DNA of 64,000 nucleotides from Haliotis rufescens. Its lineage: Eukaryota. The stretch is from NCBI RefSeq assembly GCF_023055435.1, contig NW_025963891.1:9982001-10046000 (forward strand), in the 5' to 3' direction. The position numbers were made by a program, and so were the translations under genes. The notes under the pieces were generated by a model that was not told the origin of the DNA, did no database searches, and saw only the letters and a program-made list of their open reading frames with translations. Shown here piece by piece: positions 38,569 through 50,582 of this stretch (its first letter is position 1; each line of letters begins with the position of its first letter).

Positions 38569-41500
38569 ACGCCGGTCTGTAAATAATCGAGTCTGGACCA
38601 GACAATCTAGTGATTAGTATCATGAACATCGATCCACTTAATGTGGGATACGATGACATGCCTCAGCCAAGTCAGTGAGCCTGACCTCCTCATCCCGTTA
38701 ATCGCCTCTTACGACAAGCATGGGTTGCTGAAGATCGTTTCTAACCAGTATCTTCACGGCGGATTCCAAACTACCGGTACGTATATCATCGCCATATAAG
38801 TGATGGACAATTTCCTGTAGTTGGTATTGCCTTGTGCTAGTATGGCAGTAAGCCAGTTTTACAGTGCTAGCCCACTGAGAGGCCATACTACAGTTTAAAA
38901 TGTCTCCCTACTCAAACAGTATACTGACTAAGCGGAAAAACCCTTCGTTTATCCTCTTAATGCCAAATGCCAACAGGGTTACAACAAATATAATCTTTTA
39001 ACGTATTTCGGTACGCCCCTGCAATGCTGTTGTAGAATGAGGACATCAGCATCTATCGTCCTTTCCTTTTGTTTGACAATCAGTGACTGTGAGGCATTAA
39101 GTGTATTTGCCTTCAGTGGCATTATTTCGAGAGTACATGGTCGGTCGTTTCTGAAAAAGACATTGTATGTGAATTTGTATGTCCCTTCTTTTCTGACAGT
39201 CCATCTTTAAGAGTGTTGGTTGGGTCAACTGTGTAACAAACTATTATTCCAATGAAACAAAACACGTTTCCTTCACATCATTACATGTGGAAAACACACA
39301 CCTACTTTGTTGATACCTGCATGGAATGCCTTTGTTGACTCGTGCTAGATTTGAGACTTAAAGAAACACCATTTACGGTAATTTAACTATAATACTCGCA
39401 ACGTAACTCAAATTGCTTGAGAGAGAAACAATGTCATGACATGGAAGAGTGTATGACATGATCTTTATTAACTGTACTATGACTTTAATAATGATCTTCA
39501 TCGAGGACAGGTTGTTCCAGTGTGTCAGGGCTTGTTCAACCAATCACACACACCTGGTGTCATCGCTGAAACCCTTTGTTATAATACTTTTGAATTTGTT
39601 GTTTTCATATCTTTTTTACTTTGTTTTAAATTGTAAATGTCATAAGAAAAGGATTAACCTGTGCAATACTCTTGGCAGCTCATAGCAAAGCGATGCTTCT
39701 GATTCAGTCTTATAACATGCCTACGTAAGATGAAGTTTGGACAATTACTGTTGTGTATAACTTTATATTGTGATTCTCAGATACATAGTCTGCTTTTCAA
39801 AGGAGTTCAATACAGAAAAAAATGTATATCGAAAACGTTTACGCATACGAATTACCAATGGATGGAGATGCTTGATAGACTGTTTACATTGAATTTGATT
39901 TATTTCTTTTGTTATATCTGCTCTTTGTGTCTCTGACAATATTTAACCGTAATCTTATCAAGTGTATGCTCTGCTCAAGTGTCGCAGTCATAATCGTTAA
40001 GCGAACCCTGTCCTCACACTTATATATTGTAGGACAAATCGTTATACATTATATGAATTTATGCAAGAATATGTGATTTGTGTTATATCCATATAAACAT
40101 GATTAACATTAACATTTAGGACAACTCGTTATACATCGTATGAATGTATGTAAGAATATGTGATTTGTGTTATATACATATGCTTCTTTGCAGGAAGGGG
40201 ATGCCTCATTAGGTTACATCTGGGGTCAATGGAGCCGTTATCATGGACTCAACTTTTTTCACAAACGGATAAATATATAGACGAATGCAATGCTATTTTT
40301 GGAAACATTGATAATCAAAGTCCGATTCATTCACGTTACATCCGCAAGACGCTGAAAAGGATACGCCTCCAGTTGAATATGTCAGGCTTGGATATTAGGA
40401 TATTAAAGAGATATTATCTTTCTGTCAATATTGCACTGGATTATAATAGTTTCAAAGATATCAACGTTTCATACATAAATCATTATCTTTATGGCGGTAT
40501 TTAACGATGATTCAGAACCCGTGGTATTTCATTAACAGCTGAAAACAGAATTCCCTCTGTGTTCATTCATGGTTGAATATGTATAGCCAGAATACTGAAA
40601 GCATTTACTGGAATATCAGTAGAATATACAAATATATATTTAGTATAGATGTCTTAGAAAGGTCAAGGGAAATTCGTTTTTAGCCTTAACATGTGTCCAT
40701 ATCTTTTGTAAAAAATCCAGTCAACAATACATCGGATGGCTTCCCTTTAACATTCTCTGGACATAACATCTACAGAATGCACACAGACTGGTAACGAGGA
40801 CTGGCACCCTAAGTTATTAAAATGGGATAAAATGTTTGTATTGTCTGCAGTGTGCAATTCCCAATTGCGACTTGGACCCAATGTTCCCGTGTTTCTTCAG
40901 GTGAATATCTGGCATGTGTTTGTCGCGGACAAACATAGAACGGATTGAGAAGGATATGCTGCATTAACGTATGTCACTAAATGTACGGGGTGATAAATAT
41001 TAAATTCCAAATCACTCCCCTCGTATTGAGTGACACCCCATTGCTTTTTCGTAGTGCATTACCCAGCAGGCACATGACATTGTTTCAGTGTTGAAATTTG
41101 GTTCATCTGAGGCTGCTACGTTCAAAAACATTGTATCGACATTGTTTCAACATTGGCCTTTCGATAGTTGAAAACATGTAGAATTTGATATTGTTTCAAC
41201 ATTGAAATGTAATCTTAAAACGAATCACATCTCAGAAAATCATGAAGTCAGCAATACTTTATTAAATATATATATTTTTTGTCGTTGAAATCAATATATC
41301 CAGACTCTAGGTTGTAGGTTTTGTACCACATGATGATGATTTAAAGACGTATTACATATTATAAATAAAGATAAACATTTGGTTTAACAATGCTAATAAA
41401 GATATTTTAAATACTTTTGTGAGCCATAGAAATTATTACTGACATACTGTAATTTACTTTACCGAAACTGCCAGGACATCTCGCATTTCAACTGAACATC

Positions 41501-42211
41501 CCGGCGCGTATTTGGACATTGTAACCTCAGATAATTCAACCCTAGAACGGCCGAGTTATGTCCAATGAAACAAACATGCACACTGTGTGAAATTCTCTTT
41601 CAAAACATAGGAGGTGATGCTGGTATATGACAGATCAATAGTGACAATGGATTCTCTCAAAATGCAGCATTCCACCCAAATTAAACCAAGTAGAAAACTG
41701 GTCTCTGATATGGCGACACTGGCATGCCCCCAGCACAATATGAGTCCTGGATCTCAGCCAGGGCCCTCTAGTATCCAGGAAGGTTCAGCTCCTATGGGAG
41801 GAGGCTTTAGGAGTCCATTTGACCTGTTTGTATTGTCCTTTTTAGATGTATGTGTCAATGCAACCAATATCCATCCAATACCCAACCAAAATTCAACATT
41901 ATTTCAACATTGATATCTGATGTCCATTCAACGTCAATATTTCAAGTCCAATCAAAGATCCATGTCATTTCAACGCTGAAGGACGGCATTGATTCAACAT
42001 TATTGTGACTGCTGGGTTAATTATAATTAGCAATTCGCTAATGTTTCAAATGATGCTCCACCACACAAGTGGTATCCAAAATGTCAACTAAAGAGAAAAA
42101 AAAAGACACCTGTCGATCATTTTCTCCATCAAGTTTATTTTTTAAACAGACACATATACAAACAACTACTGTGCTAATTCTAGTAGACGTTGATAATCTG
42201 GTCGATTCAAG

Positions 42212-45200
42212 TTACATCCGCCTCAAGAAAAGATTCTGAGAAAAATATAAGTCTTTAGTTGAGTCATGCATGTGCATCAGTGCCAAAATGTATTACTTCA
42301 TTGTAAACTTCTATAACTTAATATCCATTAACAAGGTAGACACAATTTTATAAATAACATCTTCTTTTATTCTGTAAAAAGCGACGTTTCGGTATAGATC
42401 ATTTTACCGTTGTCAAGCAAGACTGAATGAGGGACATAGTACAGAATATATATAGTAGGTGGAGGATTAACAGTAATAACAGTTGCATATGTGAGTGGGA
42501 TAGCATAGGTATGTCTGTACCGAAACGTCGCTTTTTACAGTATTAATGAAGTTGTTATCCATAAAATTGTGTCTGCCTTGTCATCCGTCAACTTCTAAGT
42601 AATGCCTATCAAACAATTTAATATCCAATAGCATAGGTCAGGCTTGAGATAAAATTCATTCACAAGAAATATCATATTTAAGATAGTTCCTAATGATATA
42701 GACATTTTGTAAATGTGTTTATTACTTTGATATGGCTCAAAGGGATTGATGCATACCTTGCTCAATGGTGATCATAACTTGTAGACTTAAGTATTTCATT
42801 AATATCTGAAAAATATATAAATGACATCAATTGCAGGACAAACTATCATATCAAACCATTTCCTAAATATGTAGTCACAGTTGAATCTGTCTAGTCATAT
42901 GATGACAAACTTGATTCCTGTAGTCTGAGACATTGATATTGGATAGCATGATTGTTTGGCGTTAACATCACATAAAATCATTTATTGGGAGAAATGCTTT
43001 AATTCAGATCAATTGTCTGTATGATTATAATACAATTTTCTATATTTCTAATGTTTTTTATTTTGTTCTTACAATGCTACCTTTTGAAGGAAGTCTGTCA
43101 CCAGTGCAGTAGATGGATTCCCTTTAACATTCTCTGGGCATAATGTGTCGAGAGTGCAAAGGCCCTCGGGATCCTAAAGCTCGTGACGATTGGCATCAAG
43201 ATTACAACATTAAAAAATACTTCAGATTAAAAAAGAATAACATAATTTACTAATCTGTCTAACTAAACAATAGACCGAAATGTCAANNNNNNNNNNNNNN
43301 NNNNNNNNNNNNNNNNNNNNNNNNNNNNNNNNNNNNNNNNNNNNNNNNNNNNNNNNNNNNNNNNNNNNNNNNNNNNNNNNNNNNNNNNNNNNNNNNNNNN
43401 NNNNNNNNNNNNNNNNNNNNNNNNNNNNNNNNNNNNNNNNNNNNNNNNNNNNNNNNAGTAACAGGTTGTTGTACCTCGAATTAGTAGTGGATAATTTGTT
43501 CATTTAAGCCCGTGAAAAAGTCATGATACGTGTGATATCCAATTCTTATATGAATGGAATCGATAAACTGTTAACGTTATTCTTACCTCGTTTTCAACAA
43601 TGTAATCCAGAACCCCGGGTATCAGAGCACGGACCTCAGCAGTACACTAAAACAAAGTAAAGAAGTCAGCAGTTGAATATTGTTTTAAAACAACTTTAAC
43701 AACTACGTTGTGCATTATCAAATTAATTGGCATTCGCTACATATGCATTTATACGTGCTATGGAAGTCTTGCATCATTTCGTTTCAGAGCAAGTTATTTC
43801 TAAGAAGACAAAAGAAATAATGCAAACCAATATGTGTGGCTGAAACAATATGTGTGTCCAGGTATCATGTAGCCACTGTATGTTTAAGAAGAAGCAACAA
43901 CAAGTTTATTCAGGGACTACAACGATCTTAGCTGCTTAAGATTGGTCCGGACCAATTGTAAGTTTTGATTGTAACTTACAGTGATCTTAGCCGGCAATCG
44001 CTTTGTGCAAGTGGATGACGATTGTAGCCGAAGCCTAAGATCGCGATCTTAAGGATTTACAATAATTGTAGCACTAAGATCGCTTTGTGCAAGTGGACCC
44101 AGTTATCATATAGCCACTGTATGTTTAAGAAGAAGCAACAACATTAACATGAAAGCCAATGTGTTTGACTGAAATACGTATTTCAATAGAAAGAAAAGTG
44201 GAACATAAGAACAAATAGGTAAACACTTACGACTTCCTCCAGAAAATATGCAGAAAGTGGACTGCAAATTATATAGTCGAAATACGCCTCCACTTGCTCC
44301 TGCACAATACATTAGACACACTTGTCATTTAGGGCCTAATCCAACAACAACATTAGTAATGATTGCTTATTGGAATTATACACGTTGACATGTGCCCTGT
44401 GCGATAATTGGACATGTTGTCTCGGTAACTATTTGCGATGGTCTACACAAAGTTTATCAGACCAACAACTTGTCAAGCTAATTCGATTAAAATGCAATTT
44501 ATCGACAGTAAGGAGGTAAACAAACTTATTCACGCTCATTCAATATGAGCGTTTTACCTTCACTTCATCTGTGTTCAAACTCGCAATGAAATTATCAACG
44601 ACTTCAATGCAGTCTGTACAAGCATCATCACCCTGGAAGAAAACGGAACCATTTTGTGTATGTTTATGAAACGTAAATAAGTTTGGTTTAATAACGCATT
44701 GAATTAAGGACCATTGTGTAAAAACAATCAACAATTATTTTTGCAAGTTTATATCAGAAACACAAATACCCCAATGATCCAGGTCAACATAACTAGCTAA
44801 TCATGGTTGTATCATCATCTGCGAGTGTCTATTGAATGGAGAGGCGCATTTCTCGGAGGTTTCAATTTTTCGTTTCGCTTAAGCATCGCCGTCCAGTATG
44901 TGCTAATTACCACTCGTGTCTTTCGTTCAGTTCCAATCCATCATGACATAATGATACTGACAGACTGATTCACACAATTCATTACCGTTTTGACATTGAC
45001 ATTTGTTTACTTCGTGAAGTGATTCCATGGGTTTTCAGGACACAACATTGCAAAACTACACAAGACCTCCGGATCCTGAAGCATAATTTTGTTTGTACAA
45101 TCACATATTTTAAATGTACATTTTAATCAATACCAAAAATTTCTTTTAAAATATCGATTCATATGTATCATACAGAAATATTATTTTCTTCCTACTATTC

Positions 45201-45347
45201 AGACAGTTTATATTTGTAATTAATGATGCTTCAGATGCTTATGTTGTATACAAGGATACATAAGACATCACTTCTCCACTGTCTTACCGCGTTCTCAACA
45301 ACATACTGCAGAAGACCTGGAACAAGCCCATGAACAGCAGAGTTACA
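42212..45347 (-). pseudogene. Saposin-like gene copy E: 5'-truncated (exons 5-11 only), premature stop in exon 6
   Basis: Exons 45347-45288, 45075-44986 (DPEVLCSFAMLCPENPWNHFTK*, TAA at 45009-45007), 44632-44558, 44299-44231, 43646-43587, 43173-43081, 42235-42212. I found no exon 1-4 or TATA homologues between 45350 and 49300. Confidence 0.8.
42328..42617. mobile_element. 290-bp insertion with ~65-bp inverted repeats and 10-bp target-site duplication; PLE-like terminal repeat with hammerhead-like motif
   Basis: TSD ttaatatcca at 42318-42327 and 42618-42627; the other three units have the empty site. Inverted arms at 42331-~42398 and ~42513-42581. Confidence 0.75.
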
Positions 45348-45499
45348 CTGAAACAAGAAGATACAATATTCAAATGTAAGATATTTTGATACAATAAACC
45401 CAAGTCAACCAGTAGTGTCCTAAGTACATGTAACGCCAACGTTCCACCTCTGTCCAGGTGATTAGTCTCTAAGTCATCAATCACTTATTTTCTGCACTG

Positions 45500-45945
45500 C
45501 CTCATTGATAACACCTATGTAAACTGTTTAGGGGGGAAGACATTTAGGCACAAATTGTTCTCCCCGTCTTGCTGATCTGTTTCTTTATGCATATGAATCA
45601 ATATTTCTGCTTGGATTGGCAAAGTCAAAACAAGGTAATTTAGCTCAAAAGTTTAACTTTTAAAGCTTCAGGTATATCGATGATTTGGTATCGTTCAACA
45701 ACCATCAAATAACCAAGTCCCTGATTCCCATGATTTACCCAACCCAAACTAGAAGTAAAGGAGACCAGTGAGACCGCCTCGCCTGTTTCATATTTAGATC
45801 TATGCATAAAGATTCAGAGTGACAAAGCACTATCCACAACACTGTTTGAAAAGAGGGATAACTTTAACTTCCATTCACAACATTCCCATTATGTCCAGCA
45901 ATATTCCTGCAGCTCCATCCCTTGGTGTCTACATTTTACAGCTTT
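45500..45945 (+). mobile_element. Penelope-like element (PLE) reverse transcriptase remnant
   Basis: Frameshifted translation GTNCSPRLADLFLYAYES...FRYIDDL...SYLDL...LFEKRDNFNF...MSSNIPAAPSLGVYILQL matches the RT core and C-terminal motifs typical of PLEs (Naiad/Chlamys-type). Confidence 0.85.
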
Positions 45946-46343
45946 TGATTCAGTTATATAACATTCCTACGTGAGATGAAGATCGGACAGTTACTGTTGT
46001 GTATCACTTAATATTGTGATATTCAGATACATACTCAGAATATTCAGAATATACATACATATAAAAGGAGACAAATAGAGAAAAACATATGTATCAAAGA
46101 CGTGTTCGAATACGAATTACAAATGGATAGAGATGATTGATAGATTGTTTGCATTCACAATTTGTTACATTTGCTGTTTGAGCCTCTAATTATACCTATG
46201 AAGTGTATATGCTACTTTAGTGTCGCAGTGATAAATCTTAAAGTGAACCCTGTCATCACACTTTCTTTGTGCAGTTTGGTGTAATGATTCGCTGTTGAAA
46301 ACATGATTTAACATTTAGAACTACTCGTTATTACCACATATTA

Positions 46344-46805
46344 GTGAGTAAGTGCGTGAGTAAATGGTTTTACGCCGCTTTTAGCCATATTCCAGCAATA
46401 TCACGGCGGGGGGACACCAGAAAAGGGCTTCACACATTGTACCCAGGTCGGGAATCGAACCCGGTCTTCGGCGTGACGAGCGGCACTAGGCTACCTGACC
46501 GCCACCACAATAGATGCACAATAGATGTTCACGTATAACAACATATATGACTCTGTAATCGGTAGGATCAACATTTCTATTGTAGGGTTGTGTTTGAAGC
46601 GATGATTCGGGTAAAGTGTCTGCATTCAATAGTCCATTCAAGAACTACATTCGCCTTGTGGTTAAATCATTCGCTCTTCACGTCGAAGGCCCGGCTTTGA
46701 TTCTCCACGTGGATACCATGTGCGAAGGACATCTCTCATGCTGTGTCTTCTGCTGTGAAGTTGCTGTTACAATGGTCAAGGTGGCGTTAAACCGTAGTCA
46801 CTCAC
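46344..46805. mobile_element. Two short tRNA-derived SINEs in opposite orientation (46344-46505 minus, ~46650-46805 plus)
   Basis: B box (gggttcgattccc on minus) and the shared tail ccgtgatattgctggaatat...gcggcgtaaa..(tcac)n. Same family at 808-950, 12297-12410 and 63582-63661 (TSD ccctactattaag). Confidence 0.65.
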
Positions 46806-48521
46806 TTATAGGTGGAAGTATGGCATGAAACATGAAAAAATACTCAAAATCCCAATTCTGCCACTGTTACTAAAACCTTCTCATAAGAGACCTGCGAAGT
46901 TCCCACTTAGAATAGGTCTTCAGCAACCCATGGTTGCCGCTAAAGGCGACTATGCTCGTCGTAAGAGGCGACTAACGGGATCAGGTGGTCAGGCTCGCTG
47001 ACTTGGTTTGATGCATGTCATCGTATCCCAATTAGGTTGACAGATGTCCATCATGTCTTTAACTGGATTGTCTGGTCCAGACTCGATGATTTACAAACCG
47101 CCGTCATATAGCTGGAAAATTGCCGAGTGCGGTGTTAAACATCAAACAAACGACTAATTAGGCTATGGCCAAACAGACAGGAGCGTGCTGATACCATCGA
47201 TGCCAATTTGGTACCGTTTGATATCACAGAGAGTATCACAGTCATATCAGTCAAACACCAAATGACTCACATACATGCCATTGAAAATAGAGTGACGACA
47301 TTAAGAATATTTTTGCATCACTTTATCACTTTCATATTTAGAATTCGTCATACGTTCAATGAAAAAGTTAACAAGGGCGAACGAATTATTTTTGTGTGTT
47401 AAACACTTAGGTGCACCTACCATACCTTTACAGAAAAATATTCCCTAAATGTAGAAAGCATTTGGTTGTTGGTTAAGGCTACTGTGAACATATGTACTGT
47501 ACGTTTGATAAATATCAAGTCATGTTTACACATATACACATGAGTCACTGCTGTGCGTTTCCCCATAGTATCACAGTTCTCATTTATAAGCATCTGAATC
47601 TAACTATAAAGAGCTTAAAAGCGATTTTGGCTTTGATCATACTGAATAAAAGGTAAAAATGCAAACACATTAACTGTTCAAACATACCATCTACGTTTGC
47701 AGTATGTCACATCTAAGAACCGTTGTTTATTCAGCACTTTCCAGATGCCACCAACGTTAGCTTTGTTATAACCAGTGTTCAGGGAAATATTTATCACGTT
47801 ATTAAAAGGGATGTTCGTGCTCTAATTTGACAACATGTCACCCGGAAGAAAATGTGATAAAGCTTTCTTTTGGCATGGTTCAAGCGTCCAGGGCTGTCAT
47901 GATAAAAGTTACAGCACTTCTAAATCATACCTTAATTTCAGTGGGGAAGGTACACAGCGCGGATTAACGGGGTTCCACTGTACCTCGTCTTAGAAATTAT
48001 TATACACATGCTTAGCTACCAATGTGATCTAAAAGCGATTAATCATCTTTCAACAAAAGAAAACACATTGAAGAATATGAAGTTTAAGATCGAGTAGAAA
48101 CATACAATGTCATGTAAGAGTGAGTGCTGTCGGAAGAGCAGGACACGCCCTTTTCGCGAACACCTGACGTCATCACTGATGACATTAGTACACGTGTCAT
48201 GCATACGCCTTGAAACCAGTCTACCCTTTTGTACATAGTGAAAAAAAAATTCAAATCAAGAATATTAGAAATCGTTATGACCAGAGAGCTACTGATATTG
48301 TCACTGACAATAGTATTTTCCGCAAAACTAAAATGAATATTTGAACTATATTGGTGGCTGCAACTAACAATTTGACGCTCCCCACGAGTGGTTATTAAAC
48401 ATTTGTTTAAAAGGGAACGTTAACACAAAAATCAAGATATAAATCCAAATTGAGCACATTTAACTGGCAATCGAATATGATGCGCCTGACAAAAAATACT
48501 GCTGATAACGTCATGTAAAGT

Positions 48522-48876
48522 GAGGTGAGTTGAGGTGAAATTGGGTTTAACGTCGCGTCCAAGATTATTGCACTTATATAGCGACGTGCATGCACGTGTG
48601 TGTGTGTGGCTGCTTGTACTAGTACGGACTGATGCCGATTTATAGTGCTAGCTCACTGAGATACCATGCCGCAGTTTAACATGAATACCCCACTCAGACA
48701 CAGTATACTGACTCCGAGCCGACCAGTCCTTGTTTTAGCCCCTTAATGCCGAGCGCCAGACAGGGTAACAACAAGTACAATCTTTTAACGTCTTTTTGTA
48801 TGACGCGGCCCGGGATCGAACCCCGGACCTTCCGCTCTCCGGGCGGACGCTCTACCACAAGACCACGGAGGCGGTC
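48522..48876 (-). mobile_element. Full-length tRNA-derived SINE with Meta-domain-like core
   Basis: A box TGGTCTTGTGGTAGAGC, B box GGTTCGATCCC, core gactggtcggctcggagtcag...cagtgagctagcactataaa, TSD gtcatgtaaagt on both sides. Related fragments at ~4930-5085 (each unit) and ~53760-53925. Confidence 0.8.
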
Positions 48877-49394
48877 GTCATGTAAAGTATTTACGCAATT
48901 CATAAAAAAGGATTTATGGAACAAAATGCCTATATTTGACTGATTGAGCTAATAGTATCATTTCATTTCAAAATGGGATCGAACTCCTGCAACGAGATTC
49001 GATTTACTGGACATATTGCAATCAAAATGTAAATTAAACGTGTAAAATGCATAGTGGCATGTATTCTTACAGCAATATAATGAAGGTAAATTTGATCTTT
49101 TTTTAAAAGCATGACTTTTACTATTTTGAGCAAATCAAAACACATCCTATCTGCTCTTCATTTGCTGCATGGTGTCCCAATGTTATCATATTCCAGGAAT
49201 AATCCTGTCAATGCTGTTCAACGTAAACTCTAACTCTGTTTGGATATGTCACAATGCGAGGCAATGTTTATCGACGTATTTAGAGTGTTATCCAAAGCGC
49301 TCGTTCATGACTCACATTAGCTGACAGATCACCTTATGCATCATATGCTTCTAGTCACCACTGTTCAGACAAGGGAGACGAGTCAGAGGAAACA

Positions 49395-50582
49395 ATGGCT
49401 GTGAAAGTGTTCAAACGTGTCACGAGCATTGTTTTCGGCACTATTGTTCTCTTACAAATTCACGGGAAGACGCTTGCTGGACAAGGGGGACTTTTAAAAC
49501 ACCTTCTTGAAAGCTACAATCAAGAGGTTTTTCAAACAAATGAAGTGATGGATATTGGAATATATTTGACCGTATCCCAAATAGGTGAACTTGATGAACA
49601 GCGACAATCATTCTCCACCAGTGGATGGTTCACGTTCCAGTGGGTGGATGATTCCTTAAAGTGGAACGTTACAGATTTCAATGGTACAGAGCAAATATAT
49701 CTGTCTAGTCAAACAATCTGGACCCCTGATTTGGTGCTCTTAAATTCTGCCACAGGAATTAAGCTTTTCAGTCACCAACAAGTACCTGTAAGCGTGGAAC
49801 ACACCGGATTAGTAGTATGGTACCACGGTGATCTCTTCCAGAGTCAGTGCGACTTTGATATTGTCCATTTTCCGTTTGATACTCAGATTTGCAATTTTGT
49901 TCTATCAACCTGGGTTACAACGTCGGACAAAGTTAAGTTAACACCTCTTCCGCATCAGTTGGATATCTATACTACGGGTGAGAATGGATTATGGCAATTA
50001 AGAAATATAACAACATTTCTAAAGGAACATCAGTACCCTCGACTTATTGTAGAACTGACCCTGAAACGCCGACCATCATATTACGTATACAACCTGATAA
50101 TCCCCATCACGCTTCTATCTCTTCTCAGCTCCCTGGTGTTTGCTCTGCCAATGGAGTACGGTGACAAAGTGGCTCTGTCCATGACGGTTCTACTCTCCTT
50201 CGGCGTGTTCCTGACTCAGATGACCACAAACATGCCAAAAACGTCCCGACAGACGTCCTACCTCACCATCTACCTGACCGCTCTGCTCACCCTCAGCTCC
50301 CTCTCTGTGGCCATGATGATCCTCATTCTCAGGATCTACAAGCGTCAAGGAAAGGTGCCCAAAGTGCTGCAGAAATGGGTTGTTCTCTGGAAATGTTTTT
50401 CGTCAAATAAAAAGCAGACTGCGGCTGTGGATCAAGATCATGCGGATGACGTAAGTACAGAGGATCCATCCTGGAAGGATGTGTCTGCCACGCTTGAAGC
50501 CATGTGTCTGAGGTTATTCCTCTTCATGAATATCAGTCTCGGCATCGTTCTCTTCACTGTACTCATAGTATTAACAAATTGA
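49395..50582 (+). CDS. Intronless Cys-loop ligand-gated ion channel subunit, nicotinic acetylcholine receptor-like, non-alpha (395 aa)
   Basis: Signal peptide, WTPDL (loop A region), Cys-loop CDFDIVHFPFDTQIC (C-x13-C with FPFD), pre-M1 LKRRP, four hydrophobic TM segments, M2 GDKVALSMTVLLS. No vicinal Cys-Cys in loop C. AATAAA follows near 50804. Confidence 0.96.
   Translation: MAVKVFKRVTSIVFGTIVLLQIHGKTLAGQGGLLKHLLESYNQEVFQTNEVMDIGIYLTVSQIGELDEQRQSFSTSGWFTFQWVDDSLKWNVTDFNGTEQIYLSSQTIWTPDLVLLNSATGIKLFSHQQVPVSVEHTGLVVWYHGDLFQSQCDFDIVHFPFDTQICNFVLSTWVTTSDKVKLTPLPHQLDIYTTGENGLWQLRNITTFLKEHQYPRLIVELTLKRRPSYYVYNLIIPITLLSLLSSLVFALPMEYGDKVALSMTVLLSFGVFLTQMTTNMPKTSRQTSYLTIYLTALLTLSSLSVAMMILILRIYKRQGKVPKVLQKWVVLWKCFSSNKKQTAAVDQDHADDVSTEDPSWKDVSATLEAMCLRLFLFMNISLGIVLFTVLIVLTN

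Larger units (their letters stand above)
1..45950. repeat. Tandem segmental array of ~11.1-11.7 kb units (about four periods; continues left of window)
   Basis: Start codons recur at 1625, 13364, 24609, 35728 and stop codons at 8461, 19946, 31132, 42212. Introns, intergenic DNA and embedded transposons recur colinearly at high identity. Confidence 0.97.

Noticed and set aside
48800-48876. tRNA-like sequence with A and B boxes
   Set aside because: It is the head of a SINE with core, tail and TSD, not a standalone tRNA gene.
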